Source: Candidatus Borrarchaeum yapensis
GTDB taxonomy: Archaea > Asgardarchaeota > Sifarchaeia > Borrarchaeales > Borrarchaeaceae
Length of the DNA: 64,000 bases
Assembly (NCBI GenBank): GCA_016840515.1
Contig: JAEOSF010000002.1
Span: 47,918 to 111,917, forward strand
Reading direction: 5' to 3'
Shown: positions 1-9,352 of the stretch, one piece after another
Layout: every line of letters starts with the position of its first letter
Position numbering within the stretch: the first letter of the stretch is position 1
Made by a program: the position numbers and the translations under genes
The notes under the pieces: generated by a model
Seen by the model: only the letters and a program-made list of their open reading frames with translations
The model's database searches: none
Told to the model about the DNA's origin: nothing

Positions 1-940
1 TAAAGCCAACTCGATCAAGAAGAGAAGTTAGAAAATCATTTTGTTCGTCAATATATCCAATCTGGCAGGTATTTACACCTTTTTCACTCATTGTGAGTAC
101 TGTTTTATGAAGCAGTCCCTTAAAGAGATCAATATCTTCGATTTTTAGGCCAAACCTAAAGATTTTCCCTGTTGTGAACTGGTGTGTCTGTATCAAATCT
201 GGATAAAGGAAGGGTATTGGTAACGTGATTTTTGGCAATTCAAAAAGATTAGGCGTCCATTGAAGGAAACCAACAAATTCTTTGCCATAGAAACTAATAA
301 TATTATAATCTCCAACTTCAAATGTGTATTGTGGAGAAATAAAGGAAAGCTGGTCTGCAAATGAATAGTTTTTCACAATCATATCAGAAGGAGTGACATC
401 TTCAACTGAAATGGATAGGTTTTTGCCCTTTATTTCCTTTAATATTTCATAAGGCAACATTTGGTCAGAGACATGTAATTTCTTCAACAAAGTTTCGATT
501 TCACATTCATAACATAGCAATCGACTAAATTCCTTGAACCCCGCTTCTTGTAGTTGAGTATGATATTCCTTCAAGGGGAAGGTAAAATCAGATAATTTTT
601 TGGCATCATAAGAAAAATGTGTAAGTGAAGTTGGATAAGAAGGAGACGATGTGGAAGGCAAAATTACCTGAAGTTCTAAATGAAGTGTTACTTCCCCGAT
701 TTCACTAAAATAATTGTTAAGTTCATCAAGCATAGTATGAATAATAGAAAAATCACTTTTTTCAAGCCAAACTGGATGGGTAAGATATATAGCTAAACGA
801 CCATCTGCATCGATAAAGGGAAAACTGAATACAAATAATAAATCGGTAATAGAGTTCCCTTCCTTATGATAGAGCGTTAAAGGCAAAAAAACAGGAATAT
901 TCTCATTCATAAAGGTTAGATAATCAAATGGAGTACCCAT
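1..940 (-). CDS. Hypothetical protein; 3' end lies beyond the window edge (>=313 aa, starts MGTPFDYLTFMNEN)
   Basis: Minus-strand frame is open from ATG at 940 through position 1 with no stop. It is absent from the ORF track because it is truncated. No recognisable motifs. Confidence 0.4.
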   Translation of the reverse strand, partial: MGTPFDYLTFMNENIPVFLPLTLYHKEGNSITDLLFVFSFPFIDADGRLAIYLTHPVWLEKSDFSIIHTMLDELNNYFSEIGEVTLHLELQVILPSTSSPSYPTSLTHFSYDAKKLSDFTFPLKEYHTQLQEAGFKEFSRLLCYECEIETLLKKLHVSDQMLPYEILKEIKGKNLSISVEDVTPSDMIVKNYSFADQLSFISPQYTFEVGDYNIISFYGKEFVGFLQWTPNLFELPKITLPIPFLYPDLIQTHQFTTGKIFRFGLKIEDIDLFKGLLHKTVLTMSEKGVNTCQIGYIDEQNDFLTSLLDRVGF

Positions 941-1014
941 TGGAAAAGACTTGTAATTAAGAGCTGTGAAGAGAAATGGTACTTTTCTAAATAGAGAGAG
1001 AGGTAATCTTACAT

Positions 1015-1078
1015 CTAGCTGTATCGTCAAGTCTTGTCATCCGCTTCTAGTTGTATCGTCAAGTCTTGTCATCCGCTT
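1015..1078. repeat. Tandem direct repeat, 2 x 32 bp (tagctgtatcgtcaagtcttgtcatccgcttc / tagttgtatcgtcaagtcttgtcatccgcttc)
   Basis: Two adjacent copies read directly, with 1 mismatch. They lie in the divergent intergenic region between the hypothetical gene (start 940) and the rubredoxin gene. Confidence 0.8.
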
Positions 1079-1146
1079 CATGGACATTCCCATTAAAAAA
1101 TAGATTGGGAAAAAAAATGTGAAAGAAAACTTTGGAATTGATAATT

Positions 1147-1305
1147 TTACATTTTTTCGAACATGTCTTTGTTGGCACCACAAACTGGACAAACCCAATC
1201 ATCAGGTAGCGCCTCAAATGCAGTACCAGGTGCAGCCCATGGCTCATCTCCTACATCAGGGTCATAAATATATCCGCAAACTTTACATTGATATTTATCT
1301 GCCAA
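1147..1305 (-). CDS. rub: Rubredoxin (52 aa, TTG start, GGAGGA RBS)
   Basis: Minus-strand translation [52 protein letters not shown] shows the canonical CxxCG...CPxCG rubredoxin fold motifs. GGAGGA sits 6 nt upstream of the TTG. The ORF track missed it (<60 aa) and instead shows overlapping spurious ORFs. Confidence 0.8.
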   Translation of the reverse strand: MADKYQCKVCGYIYDPDVGDEPWAAPGTAFEALPDDWVCPVCGANKDMFEKM

Positions 1306-1664
1306 TTAATTTCCTCCTTATGACTTTGAACTCCATATGAGTGAAACACTTTATGAGTAAATTCTTTATTTAACGTTTTTAGTAATGACAAGAAGGTTAA
1401 GTACCATCAAAATTAATTTCTAGTTTTGGAATGATAATTATTTTGCTTTCATAGGCTTAAATATGGCTTAATTCGATTATGTTTCGCAGTATTTCGCGAT
1501 CTCAAAGAGAAACCTTCTATTTCATAACTAAGTAATGTTTTTGCCTGTATCCTAGATTATTTATATAATTTCTTCAAATTAGAAGGTAATGTACTATATT
1601 TTAGAATATTGAAAGAATGGTATATACCCATATTGAGAAGGAATAATTACTAAACGGTGGTCTT

Positions 1665-2036
1665 ATGATTACCCAAAGGCATTTTAAAGGTACAGAACCT
1701 CCAAGTCAAATGTTTTATGATTGTTTAACCTGTCTTGAGAACATGAAAGTAGATCTTACAAAAAAAGAAGTTCTGAAAGACGAAGGGGACGATTTTGATG
1801 GCATTATCGAAGGCATGAGAATGAGTTCTTCGGGAAAAACAATGATTCAACTTAAAATACATGGTTTCCGAGAAGGTGGACATCCACTGTTTTCAGGGGA
1901 AGTTATTGAGATCAATATCGAAACGTTTGAAATATCTGAGAACAATGAACAGCTTGATACCCCGAATTCGAATGCCTTAAACGATGAATTCAACAAGCAA
2001 ATCAATGCATACGCATGGAAACATGCTGGTGGTTGA
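1665..2036 (+). CDS. Hypothetical protein (123 aa)
   Basis: ORF with balanced composition. No recognisable motif. Confidence 0.3.
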   Translation: MITQRHFKGTEPPSQMFYDCLTCLENMKVDLTKKEVLKDEGDDFDGIIEGMRMSSSGKTMIQLKIHGFREGGHPLFSGEVIEINIETFEISENNEQLDTPNSNALNDEFNKQINAYAWKHAGG

Positions 2037-2212
2037 CCGTTAGACTTTTTTCGTCCTCTGCCTGTCATTCATTACCTTCTAAGAGGCGTTAGACCTTTTG
2101 GGTTCAGTTTCATTCGCAAGAAAGTGTTCTCCGCGTAATGTCGCGGAAAATCTGAATTTTCTTGAAATACTTGAGGAACTTCTATCGTGATATTGAAGAA
2201 TTTTAATTAATA

Positions 2213-2956
2213 CTAGAGATGAAGCTGAAGGATCAGAAGAATTGTTCCAACTCCAGCAATCATTAAAAGAAATTGTCGGAGAGCATATCCGATGCCAACT
2301 TTACGATGTAATTCAGGAGTTAAATCAGATAGGGCAATATAAAGAAAACTTGCTGCTGAAATAGCCATTACATAAGGAATAGCGGTTTGAATGATATCTA
2401 AAGCGAAATAAGCGATAATTGCTCCAGGTACAGTACTTAAACTAGAAAGAAGGTTTAAGAAGAGTGCTTTTCTTTCTGAATAACCGCCATGAAGAAGTAT
2501 TCCAAAATCGCCTACTTCTTGGGGAATTTCATGCGCAATAACTGAGAGCCCCACAATAATGCCAAGTGGTATAGAAACCAAGAATCCTGCTGCAATTATA
2601 GTCCCGTCTATAAGATTATGAAATGCGTCCCCCATGAGGATCATAGGTCCTGCAGCTCCGTGCACTTCGCAGTCTATGTCATGACAGTGACGCCAAATTA
2701 CCAATTTCTCAAAAGAGAAAAAAAGAATTATCCCTACTAAGACTGCGAATAAGACTGGAAGAGGACTGATGTATGTTAGAGCATGTGGAATCAATCCTAA
2801 TAATGCGGCAGCAAGCAAAGTTCCGGTTGCATAAGAGATTAATGAAGAGAGAAAGTCTTTGTGTATTTTTTTCTGTAATAAAAGAAAGATCGCTGCTGTA
2901 AAAATAGCGCCTACACTACCTAAAAGACTGAACAATATAATCCATAATATAGGCAT
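2213..2956 (-). CDS. zupT: ZIP family zinc/iron permease (ZupT-like)
   Basis: Multi-TM protein with the HEIPQEVGDFGIL and HNLIDG motifs typical of ZIP transporters. Confidence 0.7.
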   Translation of the reverse strand: MPILWIILFSLLGSVGAIFTAAIFLLLQKKIHKDFLSSLISYATGTLLAAALLGLIPHALTYISPLPVLFAVLVGIILFFSFEKLVIWRHCHDIDCEVHGAAGPMILMGDAFHNLIDGTIIAAGFLVSIPLGIIVGLSVIAHEIPQEVGDFGILLHGGYSERKALFLNLLSSLSTVPGAIIAYFALDIIQTAIPYVMAISAASFLYIALSDLTPELHRKVGIGYALRQFLLMIAGVGTILLILQLHL

Positions 2957-3074
2957 TTAACTCCCCTTTTCCTTTTAATCGAACTTTACTAGATCGATTG
3001 TTGTAATTGATGGATGAATATTTGAAAATTTGACTTATGAATCAAGTGACAATTTAGAACTATACTTAAGAAAA

Positions 3075-4163
3075 TCATGTTTTCTCAGAAACATTGTTGT
3101 GCACTGCTTTTCTGATTTTTACGAAAGCGTCAAAGGGTGGACAACCAGGAATTTCAATACCCTCGTAATCTGTCGATTCACATGCGCAATCGCCTACAAT
3201 AAAATCTAAACTTGACTTCGAATATGGCTCGGAAGGGTTTTTACCAACAATAACTTGCATATCTTTGACTAGCGAAATGTCTCCTTTCTTGTGTAGAGAT
3301 TGTAGCGCGGTTTTGACGATTGCCTTGCAATATTGACAGGTTCCACCTTGGTATATGTCTATTCGGTCGTATACACCACTTATAGCTAAATCTGGTAAGG
3401 CAAAGTAGTGTTTTACCTTGTCTAGTGGATCGCCAACTATATTTATGTGATCGAGTCTTCCTTCTCCTAATCCTTGTGCGTTTGCTAAACGAACATGTGC
3501 AATACCAAATGGATCAACGCCCATAATGTCACAACCGACTGCATCACAGGCAACAATATCCGGAGACGCAACAAGCGTGTTCAGATATACGGGTGTTCCA
3601 AGTCCAGGACCATGACCTTCCATCGCTATCGTTCCATCTATAATGTTCAGGGTAAATTTGTCTTTAACGCATCTGTAAATGTCAACTAACTTCTGGTGGA
3701 GGTTATCAAGATGAGCGTATGTTTTTTGAGAGTCATGTATGATACCTTGCAAATTTTTGAGGCAAAGCGTCACGGTTGTCATATGGTGAGTTTTCATAAC
3801 AGGAATATTGATGACGTGATCTACATCAAAAATAAGTTTAGAAATTAATGGTTTTCTTAGGACTTTATTTTCTGGATTTTCAACCTCGACAAATTCGTAC
3901 TGGTCTAGATCAACCACCTCTCCCCCCGCATCACGCACTACTTCACTTAAACCAGTACCTTCAAGGATTCGTTCCCAAGATCGCTTCATGATATGCTTTG
4001 TTGGATATGAAGCGCTGTCTCCAACTAAGATCTCATCTGCGTCAGTTAAATGCGTTATAAGTTTACTAATGACATCTTTATTGGTTGTAATAGGTGCGGG
4101 CCTATTGTGAGCGATATTAGGTTTTATTAGGATCTTACCCTTTAGTGGGAGATCTGTCAGCAA
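3075..4163 (-). CDS. DUF362 domain protein with Cys-rich C-terminus
   Basis: LIKPNIAHNRPAPITT ... core typical of DUF362. A paralog is at 9350..10192. Confidence 0.55.
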   Translation of the reverse strand: MLTDLPLKGKILIKPNIAHNRPAPITTNKDVISKLITHLTDADEILVGDSASYPTKHIMKRSWERILEGTGLSEVVRDAGGEVVDLDQYEFVEVENPENKVLRKPLISKLIFDVDHVINIPVMKTHHMTTVTLCLKNLQGIIHDSQKTYAHLDNLHQKLVDIYRCVKDKFTLNIIDGTIAMEGHGPGLGTPVYLNTLVASPDIVACDAVGCDIMGVDPFGIAHVRLANAQGLGEGRLDHINIVGDPLDKVKHYFALPDLAISGVYDRIDIYQGGTCQYCKAIVKTALQSLHKKGDISLVKDMQVIVGKNPSEPYSKSSLDFIVGDCACESTDYEGIEIPGCPPFDAFVKIRKAVHNNVSEKT

Positions 4164-4686
4164 ATTAATTAGCTTCTGAACAGCATCTTCTGGGCTTGAA
4201 CCTTTTGCTACATTTACTGTTTGAATTGATTTTACCCCCTGAAGTTTCAGCGAATGGTTTAAACAACATGGGATTATAAACTTATTTAAATAAGCATAGA
4301 CTTGGCAAAATTCTTCTTTATTGATTTTGATAAGACTTTGTACAGTATAGGCAAATCAGCTTAAGAAATTATTCTCAATAGGAGAAACAATGCATGATTA
4401 GACTTTATAATAGACCTACAAAAATGTGAGGAAACTTTTTGACCTTAAAGGTAACCTTATGCGTGATCTAATCGATTTTAAGGAACATGATGGCCATATT
4501 TATTTACAAAATTCACATTTTGTACGTATTTCTATTTTTGAGAAAATATGTTGCTTAGGAGATCGACATCTTTAAATATAGCTCAGTTAATATATAGCCC
4601 AGATATCATATATTATAGCAATCACCCCTGACAAGTTAGGGGCTCATCTTGGACGTGTATAGATAAAATTTAACGGGTGTGAAAGT

Positions 4687-5853
4687 ATGGTTACCTCATT
4701 TTTTGGATTCGAAAGACCTAATGGCGAAATTGGTGTGCGAAATTATGTGGCGGTTCTCCCAACCGTAGGATGCGCCAATGAGGTGGTTCTTGAAATTACT
4801 AGGCATGTAAGTGGCACAGTAGGACTAACACATCGTCAAGGATGTCTAAAACTGCCTCCAGATCTTGAACAGGTAAGTGAAACAATTATTGGTCTAGGAA
4901 AGAATCCTAATATAGCGACTGTTTTATTGGTAAGTTTAGGTTGTGAAAGTGTGTTTCCAGATAAAATAGCAGACGAAATTGCTAAATCTGGAAAACCTGT
5001 TGATTTAGTAGAGATTCAAAAGATAGGAGGTAGTACAAATGCATGTGCAAAAGGCATTGAAATCGCCTCTGAAATGGTTCTTGAAGCATCACAAATAAGG
5101 AGAAAGGAATATGACGCTTCTGAATTAATGTTGTCTACAAAATGCGGGGCATCGGATGCAACATCAGGACTTGCTTCAAATCTTGCGGTAGGGGCAGTAG
5201 CTGATAAACTAATCGAAGATGGGGGTACATTTATACTTGGCGAGGTATGTGACATTATGGGTTCCGAAGACGTCTTGGCATCGCGTGCTGTAACTCCCGA
5301 AGTAGGTAATGGAATAATTGCCATGGTAAAAGATCTGATAGTTAGGGCGCAAGCAGTCGGTATGGATGCCGTAGGTGGGCAATTAACAGAGGGAAATAAG
5401 AGAGGTGGACTCACTACTGTCAAGGAAAAGGCTTTGGGTGCAATAGCTAAGGGTGGTTCGACTCCAGTAAAAGGAACAATAGGATACGCTGAAAAACCGC
5501 CTGGAAAGGGACTTTATGTTATGCCGACCCCAGGACGTGGATATGAGAATCTTACTGGTGTAGCTGCAGCAGGCTCTCAACTTATGTTATTCACTACAGG
5601 GCTAGGCGCACCAGAAGGGCATCCGATCATGCCAGTTATCAAGTTAACGGGAAATATCAACACATGGGAGAATTTACGATCACATATGGACTTTAACGTT
5701 AGTGGAATAATCGAAGGCACAGAAACTGTCGAGCAAGCAGGTGAGCGATTGTATGAAGAAATGCTAAACGTAGCCTCTGGTAAATTGACGAAAGCTGAGA
5801 TCCTAAAGTATAATGAGGGCATGGAAATCTTGACCTATGGTCCTACAATCTAA
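4687..5853 (+). CDS. UxaA-family (altronate/galactarate) dehydratase, large C-terminal-domain subunit
   Basis: 388 aa. Appears to correspond to the catalytic C-terminal part of altronate hydrolase. It is followed immediately by the separately encoded SAF domain. Confidence 0.55.
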   Translation: MVTSFFGFERPNGEIGVRNYVAVLPTVGCANEVVLEITRHVSGTVGLTHRQGCLKLPPDLEQVSETIIGLGKNPNIATVLLVSLGCESVFPDKIADEIAKSGKPVDLVEIQKIGGSTNACAKGIEIASEMVLEASQIRRKEYDASELMLSTKCGASDATSGLASNLAVGAVADKLIEDGGTFILGEVCDIMGSEDVLASRAVTPEVGNGIIAMVKDLIVRAQAVGMDAVGGQLTEGNKRGGLTTVKEKALGAIAKGGSTPVKGTIGYAEKPPGKGLYVMPTPGRGYENLTGVAAAGSQLMLFTTGLGAPEGHPIMPVIKLTGNINTWENLRSHMDFNVSGIIEGTETVEQAGERLYEEMLNVASGKLTKAEILKYNEGMEILTYGPTI

Positions 5854-5875
5854 TATGAAAGGAGGAGAGTTCAAT

Positions 5876-6145
5876 ATGAAACAGGTCATACTTGTTAATT
5901 CTAAGGATAATGTCGTAACAGCTGTTTCTGAGATCCTAGAAAATACCACAATTTCTGTAAACAGTCAAATAATTACAGTAAAGCAATCAATTTCCTTTGG
6001 ACATAAAATCGCTATTGATGATATCAAAAAAGGGGAAGACATCATAAAGTACGGAGAATCCATAGGCATGGCAAAGGAAGATATCGCACAAGGGAAATGG
6101 GTGCACACACATAATGTTGAAGAAACATATCGCCCACCGGAATAA
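5876..6145 (+). CDS. SAF-domain protein (UxaA N-terminal domain, small subunit)
   Basis: MKQVILVNSKDNVVTAV...GHKIAIDDIKKGEDIIKYGESIG...WVHTHN is an SAF fold signature. GGAGG RBS lies upstream of the ATG at 5876. The ORF track start at 5837 is a probable over-extension. Confidence 0.55.
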   Translation: MKQVILVNSKDNVVTAVSEILENTTISVNSQIITVKQSISFGHKIAIDDIKKGEDIIKYGESIGMAKEDIAQGKWVHTHNVEETYRPPE

Positions 6146-6176
6146 ATAAAACAAAAACATGGAATAGGAGAAAAGA

Positions 6177-7430
6177 ATGTTTTTAAGCAAAGATGAAGAG
6201 CGCATGTTTGATGGGGAGTATGGAACTGGCGTAGAAAAAGCTATAAAATTACTGGTAAAATTCGGTGAAGCTTTTAATGCAGAAAGAATGGTGAACGTCA
6301 CAAGTGTACATAACATGCCTCTTGAGCCTTACAAATTATTGCTTGAAATGACGGAAGGCACAAAACCAAATCCTAACGTTCTAACCACAATTCATGCCTT
6401 TATGTCAGCATTTGATCCGCATTGCTGGAAGAAAATGGGCATCTCTGAATCATTTGCCGAAAAGGAGTTAGACCTTTTCAATAAGCGGCTTGAGATTTAC
6501 AAGAAAATGCAGTGGTTACAAATATTCACATGTGTTCCCTTTCTTGTTGGTAATCTCCCTAAAAAGGGAGATATATGCAGTTGGATCGGCTCAGGCCTTC
6601 AAATTTTTTGTAATTCACTTCTTGGGGCAAGAACTAACAGAGAAGGTACAACTAGTACCTTAGCAAGTGCAATCACAGGTAAAACCCCTTTAACTGGATT
6701 ATTAGAAACCCAGAATAGATATGGCGAAATTTTAGTAGAACCAAAGGGTCTTGATTTCAAGGATTTCTCTAATGAAGATTTTGGTGCTTTTGGTTACCAT
6801 ATCGGTGCGCTAGCACGAAATCGGAATGTTGTTATTAATGGGATGCCTAATCTTTCAGTTGAACAATGTAAATTCCTTTTCACCCCTCAGCCAGTTTCTG
6901 GGGCAGTTGGACTATGCCATGTTGTTGGAGTCACACCTGAAGCCCCAACAGTCGATCAAGCATTTGGAGATAACATCCCTGAAGAAAGAATAACTGTTGA
7001 CAACAAGTGCATAGAAGAAGCCTGGGAATCGTACAGTACAGCGCGTAGTGATAAAGTTGATTTGGTAATTTTCGGATGTCCACATTGCTCGATCTCTGAA
7101 ATCAGAAACATTGCAGTATTATTACGAAATAAAAAAACTGCTAGAGATACACGATTATGGTTAGCGACAGCAGACCAAATAAAGTTATTAGCTACCCGTA
7201 TGGGATACACAGACATAATAGAAAATGCTGGCGGTGTTTTTTCAAGCTCCTGCATGGCATCGATTCCAGAAGCACCTTTTCCAGACGATATTGAAGTGAT
7301 TGCAACGAATTCAATAAAGGCAGCTCATTATATCACGAGACTAACTAAAGGAAAAATAGATGTGTTGTATAGAACCATGAAAGATTGTGTAACTTCAGCA
7401 ATTAGTGGAAAATGGGTGTATTCAAAATGA
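6177..7430 (+). CDS. acnX: Aconitase X family (DUF521) large subunit, as in mevalonate-5-phosphate dehydratase or hydroxyproline dehydratase
   Basis: 417 aa, of the size and composition expected for AcnX/DUF521. It pairs with the DUF126 small subunit directly downstream. Confidence 0.55.
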   Translation: MFLSKDEERMFDGEYGTGVEKAIKLLVKFGEAFNAERMVNVTSVHNMPLEPYKLLLEMTEGTKPNPNVLTTIHAFMSAFDPHCWKKMGISESFAEKELDLFNKRLEIYKKMQWLQIFTCVPFLVGNLPKKGDICSWIGSGLQIFCNSLLGARTNREGTTSTLASAITGKTPLTGLLETQNRYGEILVEPKGLDFKDFSNEDFGAFGYHIGALARNRNVVINGMPNLSVEQCKFLFTPQPVSGAVGLCHVVGVTPEAPTVDQAFGDNIPEERITVDNKCIEEAWESYSTARSDKVDLVIFGCPHCSISEIRNIAVLLRNKKTARDTRLWLATADQIKLLATRMGYTDIIENAGGVFSSSCMASIPEAPFPDDIEVIATNSIKAAHYITRLTKGKIDVLYRTMKDCVTSAISGKWVYSK

Positions 7431-7825
7431 TATTAACGGGTCATATAATCAATAAAGGAAATGCAGAAGGCTATGCAATGGTTGTAAACACACCATTTAG
7501 TTTTATCGGGGATTTTGACCCGACAACAGGAAAACTTCTAATAAGCGAAAAAATGGGTGAAGATATGAGAGGGAAGGTTCTTGTTTGTCCTACAGGAAAA
7601 GGCGGAACATTAGGTCCATATATTGCATATCATGCTATGATTCGTGGAACTGCACCCGTTGCGATAGTATGTGATAAAGCAGATCCCATTTTGGCTCTTA
7701 GTGCCATTACCATCGACATTCCAATGATTGATAACTTTGATAAGAATCTACTAAAAGAATGTTGCACAGATGACTACATTAAGGTTAACGGCAATGAAGG
7801 AATCGTTGAAATAATCAAAAAATAA
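7412..7825 (+). CDS. Aconitase X small subunit (DUF126)
   Basis: 137 aa, PTGKGGTLGPYIAYHA...GTAPVAIV motif region typical of DUF126. The start overlaps the large-subunit stop, suggesting translational coupling. Confidence 0.55.
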   Translation: MGVFKMILTGHIINKGNAEGYAMVVNTPFSFIGDFDPTTGKLLISEKMGEDMRGKVLVCPTGKGGTLGPYIAYHAMIRGTAPVAIVCDKADPILALSAITIDIPMIDNFDKNLLKECCTDDYIKVNGNEGIVEIIKK

Positions 7826-7842
7826 GACTTATGCCTAACAAT

Positions 7843-8679
7843 TCATTCTTTTTGAAGCACTTCATCCATGGCCCCAGAACGATAGCCAAGGAGATCAAGC
7901 GTCACATATTTGTAGCCTAACTTCTTTAACTGCTTCGATAAACTATCCATTTTTTCAAAATCAAAGAATTTATCTCTTTCTGCAGAGCCTACTTCTATTC
8001 TGGCAATTTTTCCGTTTTCATGCTCACGTACTCTTACCTGTTTAACCCTAAGTTCATTACGGATATAAATTTCAGCTTGTGCTATTCGTTTAAATCTTTC
8101 TTCGGTAAGTGTTTCCCCATAAGGAACGCGGCTCGCCAAACATGCCATCGCAGGTTTTTCAGCAGATGGTAAGCTTAATAATTTTGCAAGCGCTCTAATT
8201 TCCTTTTTACTTAGACAGCGTTCTGCTAATGGTGACCAAACTCGTAATTCTCTTGCGGCACGAATCCCAGGACGATGTTCATCGAAATCCTCAATATTTG
8301 TACCGTCAGCCACAGCTTTATATCCTTCTTTTTTTGCAAATTCAATCAAATCACTGAATCGCAACTTTTTACAGTGATAACAACGATCTGGAGGATTTTG
8401 TAATATTGCCGAATATTCAAGTTCATTTAGTGGGACAATAATGTGTTTTATCCCTATCTGCTGAGCGACTTCCTTAGCAGTTTGAACTTCGTCTGGAAAC
8501 ATCATCGGAGAATCGACAGTAACTGCAACAGATCTATTACCCAGCGCCTGATATGCCAGTGCCGCAACTACGCTACTGTCAACACCTCCAGAAAACGCGA
8601 CTACTACGCTATCCTTTTTCTTGAAGTCTTCTAGTAACGTTTCTAGTAATTTCTTAGGATCGTCCAATCGCGCGTTCAC
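7843..8679 (-). CDS. larE: PP-loop ATPase, LarE-like ATP-dependent sacrificial sulfur transferase
   Basis: SGGVDSS PP-loop motif is present. The conserved block ACLASRVPYGE...RVREHENGKIARIE matches the LarE family. Confidence 0.55.
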   Translation of the reverse strand: MNARLDDPKKLLETLLEDFKKKDSVVVAFSGGVDSSVVAALAYQALGNRSVAVTVDSPMMFPDEVQTAKEVAQQIGIKHIIVPLNELEYSAILQNPPDRCYHCKKLRFSDLIEFAKKEGYKAVADGTNIEDFDEHRPGIRAARELRVWSPLAERCLSKKEIRALAKLLSLPSAEKPAMACLASRVPYGETLTEERFKRIAQAEIYIRNELRVKQVRVREHENGKIARIEVGSAERDKFFDFEKMDSLSKQLKKLGYKYVTLDLLGYRSGAMDEVLQKE

Positions 8680-8692
8680 CCCATTATTCTAT

Positions 8693-9151
8693 TTATTTGC
8701 CATCATCTCTTCTAACACGAATCGCTCCCTCAGGACATGCCTCTGAGCAGATTCGGCAGTCTTTTCCCTCGCCTTCAAGGCAATTTTTGATATTAGCTTC
8801 AATCAATTGACAATTACCAACAAATCGTATAGCTCCAACAGGACAGACATTTTTACACAACTCGCAACTCCACCCAGACCCAAAGCGTTTACATGTTTCG
8901 ATTCTTTCCTCAGAAATACCACTCTTCCCATTGTGAATTCTATAGATTGGTTTCTCTCCAAAATCCTCAACAGGACAAATTGTTATGCAGTTTCCACAGC
9001 CAAGGCATTTTTCGTTATCCACTTCTATTCCTTGCAGTTCCACCAAATAAATCTCACTCGGACAAGCTTGTACACAAACCCGACATAAATTGCACTTTTT
9101 TTGATCTACGGTGATTGAAACCAATTTAAAGACTCCAATAACTATTACCAT
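8693..9151 (-). CDS. Poly-ferredoxin (multiple 4Fe-4S CxxCxxCxxxCP motifs)
   Basis: At least four Cys clusters of ferredoxin type. The start codon abuts the left end of mobile element copy A. Confidence 0.7.
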   Translation of the reverse strand: MVIVIGVFKLVSITVDQKKCNLCRVCVQACPSEIYLVELQGIEVDNEKCLGCGNCITICPVEDFGEKPIYRIHNGKSGISEERIETCKRFGSGWSCELCKNVCPVGAIRFVGNCQLIEANIKNCLEGEGKDCRICSEACPEGAIRVRRDDGK

Positions 9152-9352
9152 TAGCTAAGCAAGAAAGCACCACTATTTTAGCATGGTGATGAATGGCGTT
9201 GTGTGTATATAGTGTGTTGGTGATGCTCTTTATGAGCACCTACGGGGCGTAGAGATGTTAAGCCTGCGGAGATAAGACCTCCGTAACCCGTCAAGGGGAT
9301 CGAGTCTGTCGTTGAAGCAGGAAGCCTCAAAGCTTTCGTACGAGGTAGCTCA
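9152..9352 (+). mobile_element. Non-autonomous IS200/IS605-family derivative (MITE-like; left end plus right end, no ORF), copy A
   Basis: Shares ~70 nt of left end (tagctaagcaagaaagcacca...tggtgatgaatggcgttg) and ~110 nt of right end (cctacggggcgtag...gaagcaggaagcctca...gaggtagctcac) with copies at 27782..27984 and 29497..30065. Subterminal hairpins rather than terminal inverted repeats. TTAC lies 5' of the left end. Confidence 0.6.

Noticed and set aside
1119-1340. 73-aa plus-strand ORF and overlapping 62-aa minus ORF (1059..1247)
   Set aside because: Both overlap the clearly recognisable rubredoxin reading frame on the minus strand (1147..1305). They are low-complexity and have no RBS.
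2040-2212. Short hairpin ccgcg-taatgt-cgcgg downstream of ORF 1665..2036
   Set aside because: The stem is too short (5 bp) and isolated to call a terminator or riboswitch. Archaeal termination here seems to use oligo-T.
5016-5822. Antisense ORFs (5016..5423, 5383..5580, 5577..5822) inside the UxaA gene
   Set aside because: They lie opposite a confidently identified coding frame and are Ser/Pro/Thr-rich translations typical of antisense frames.
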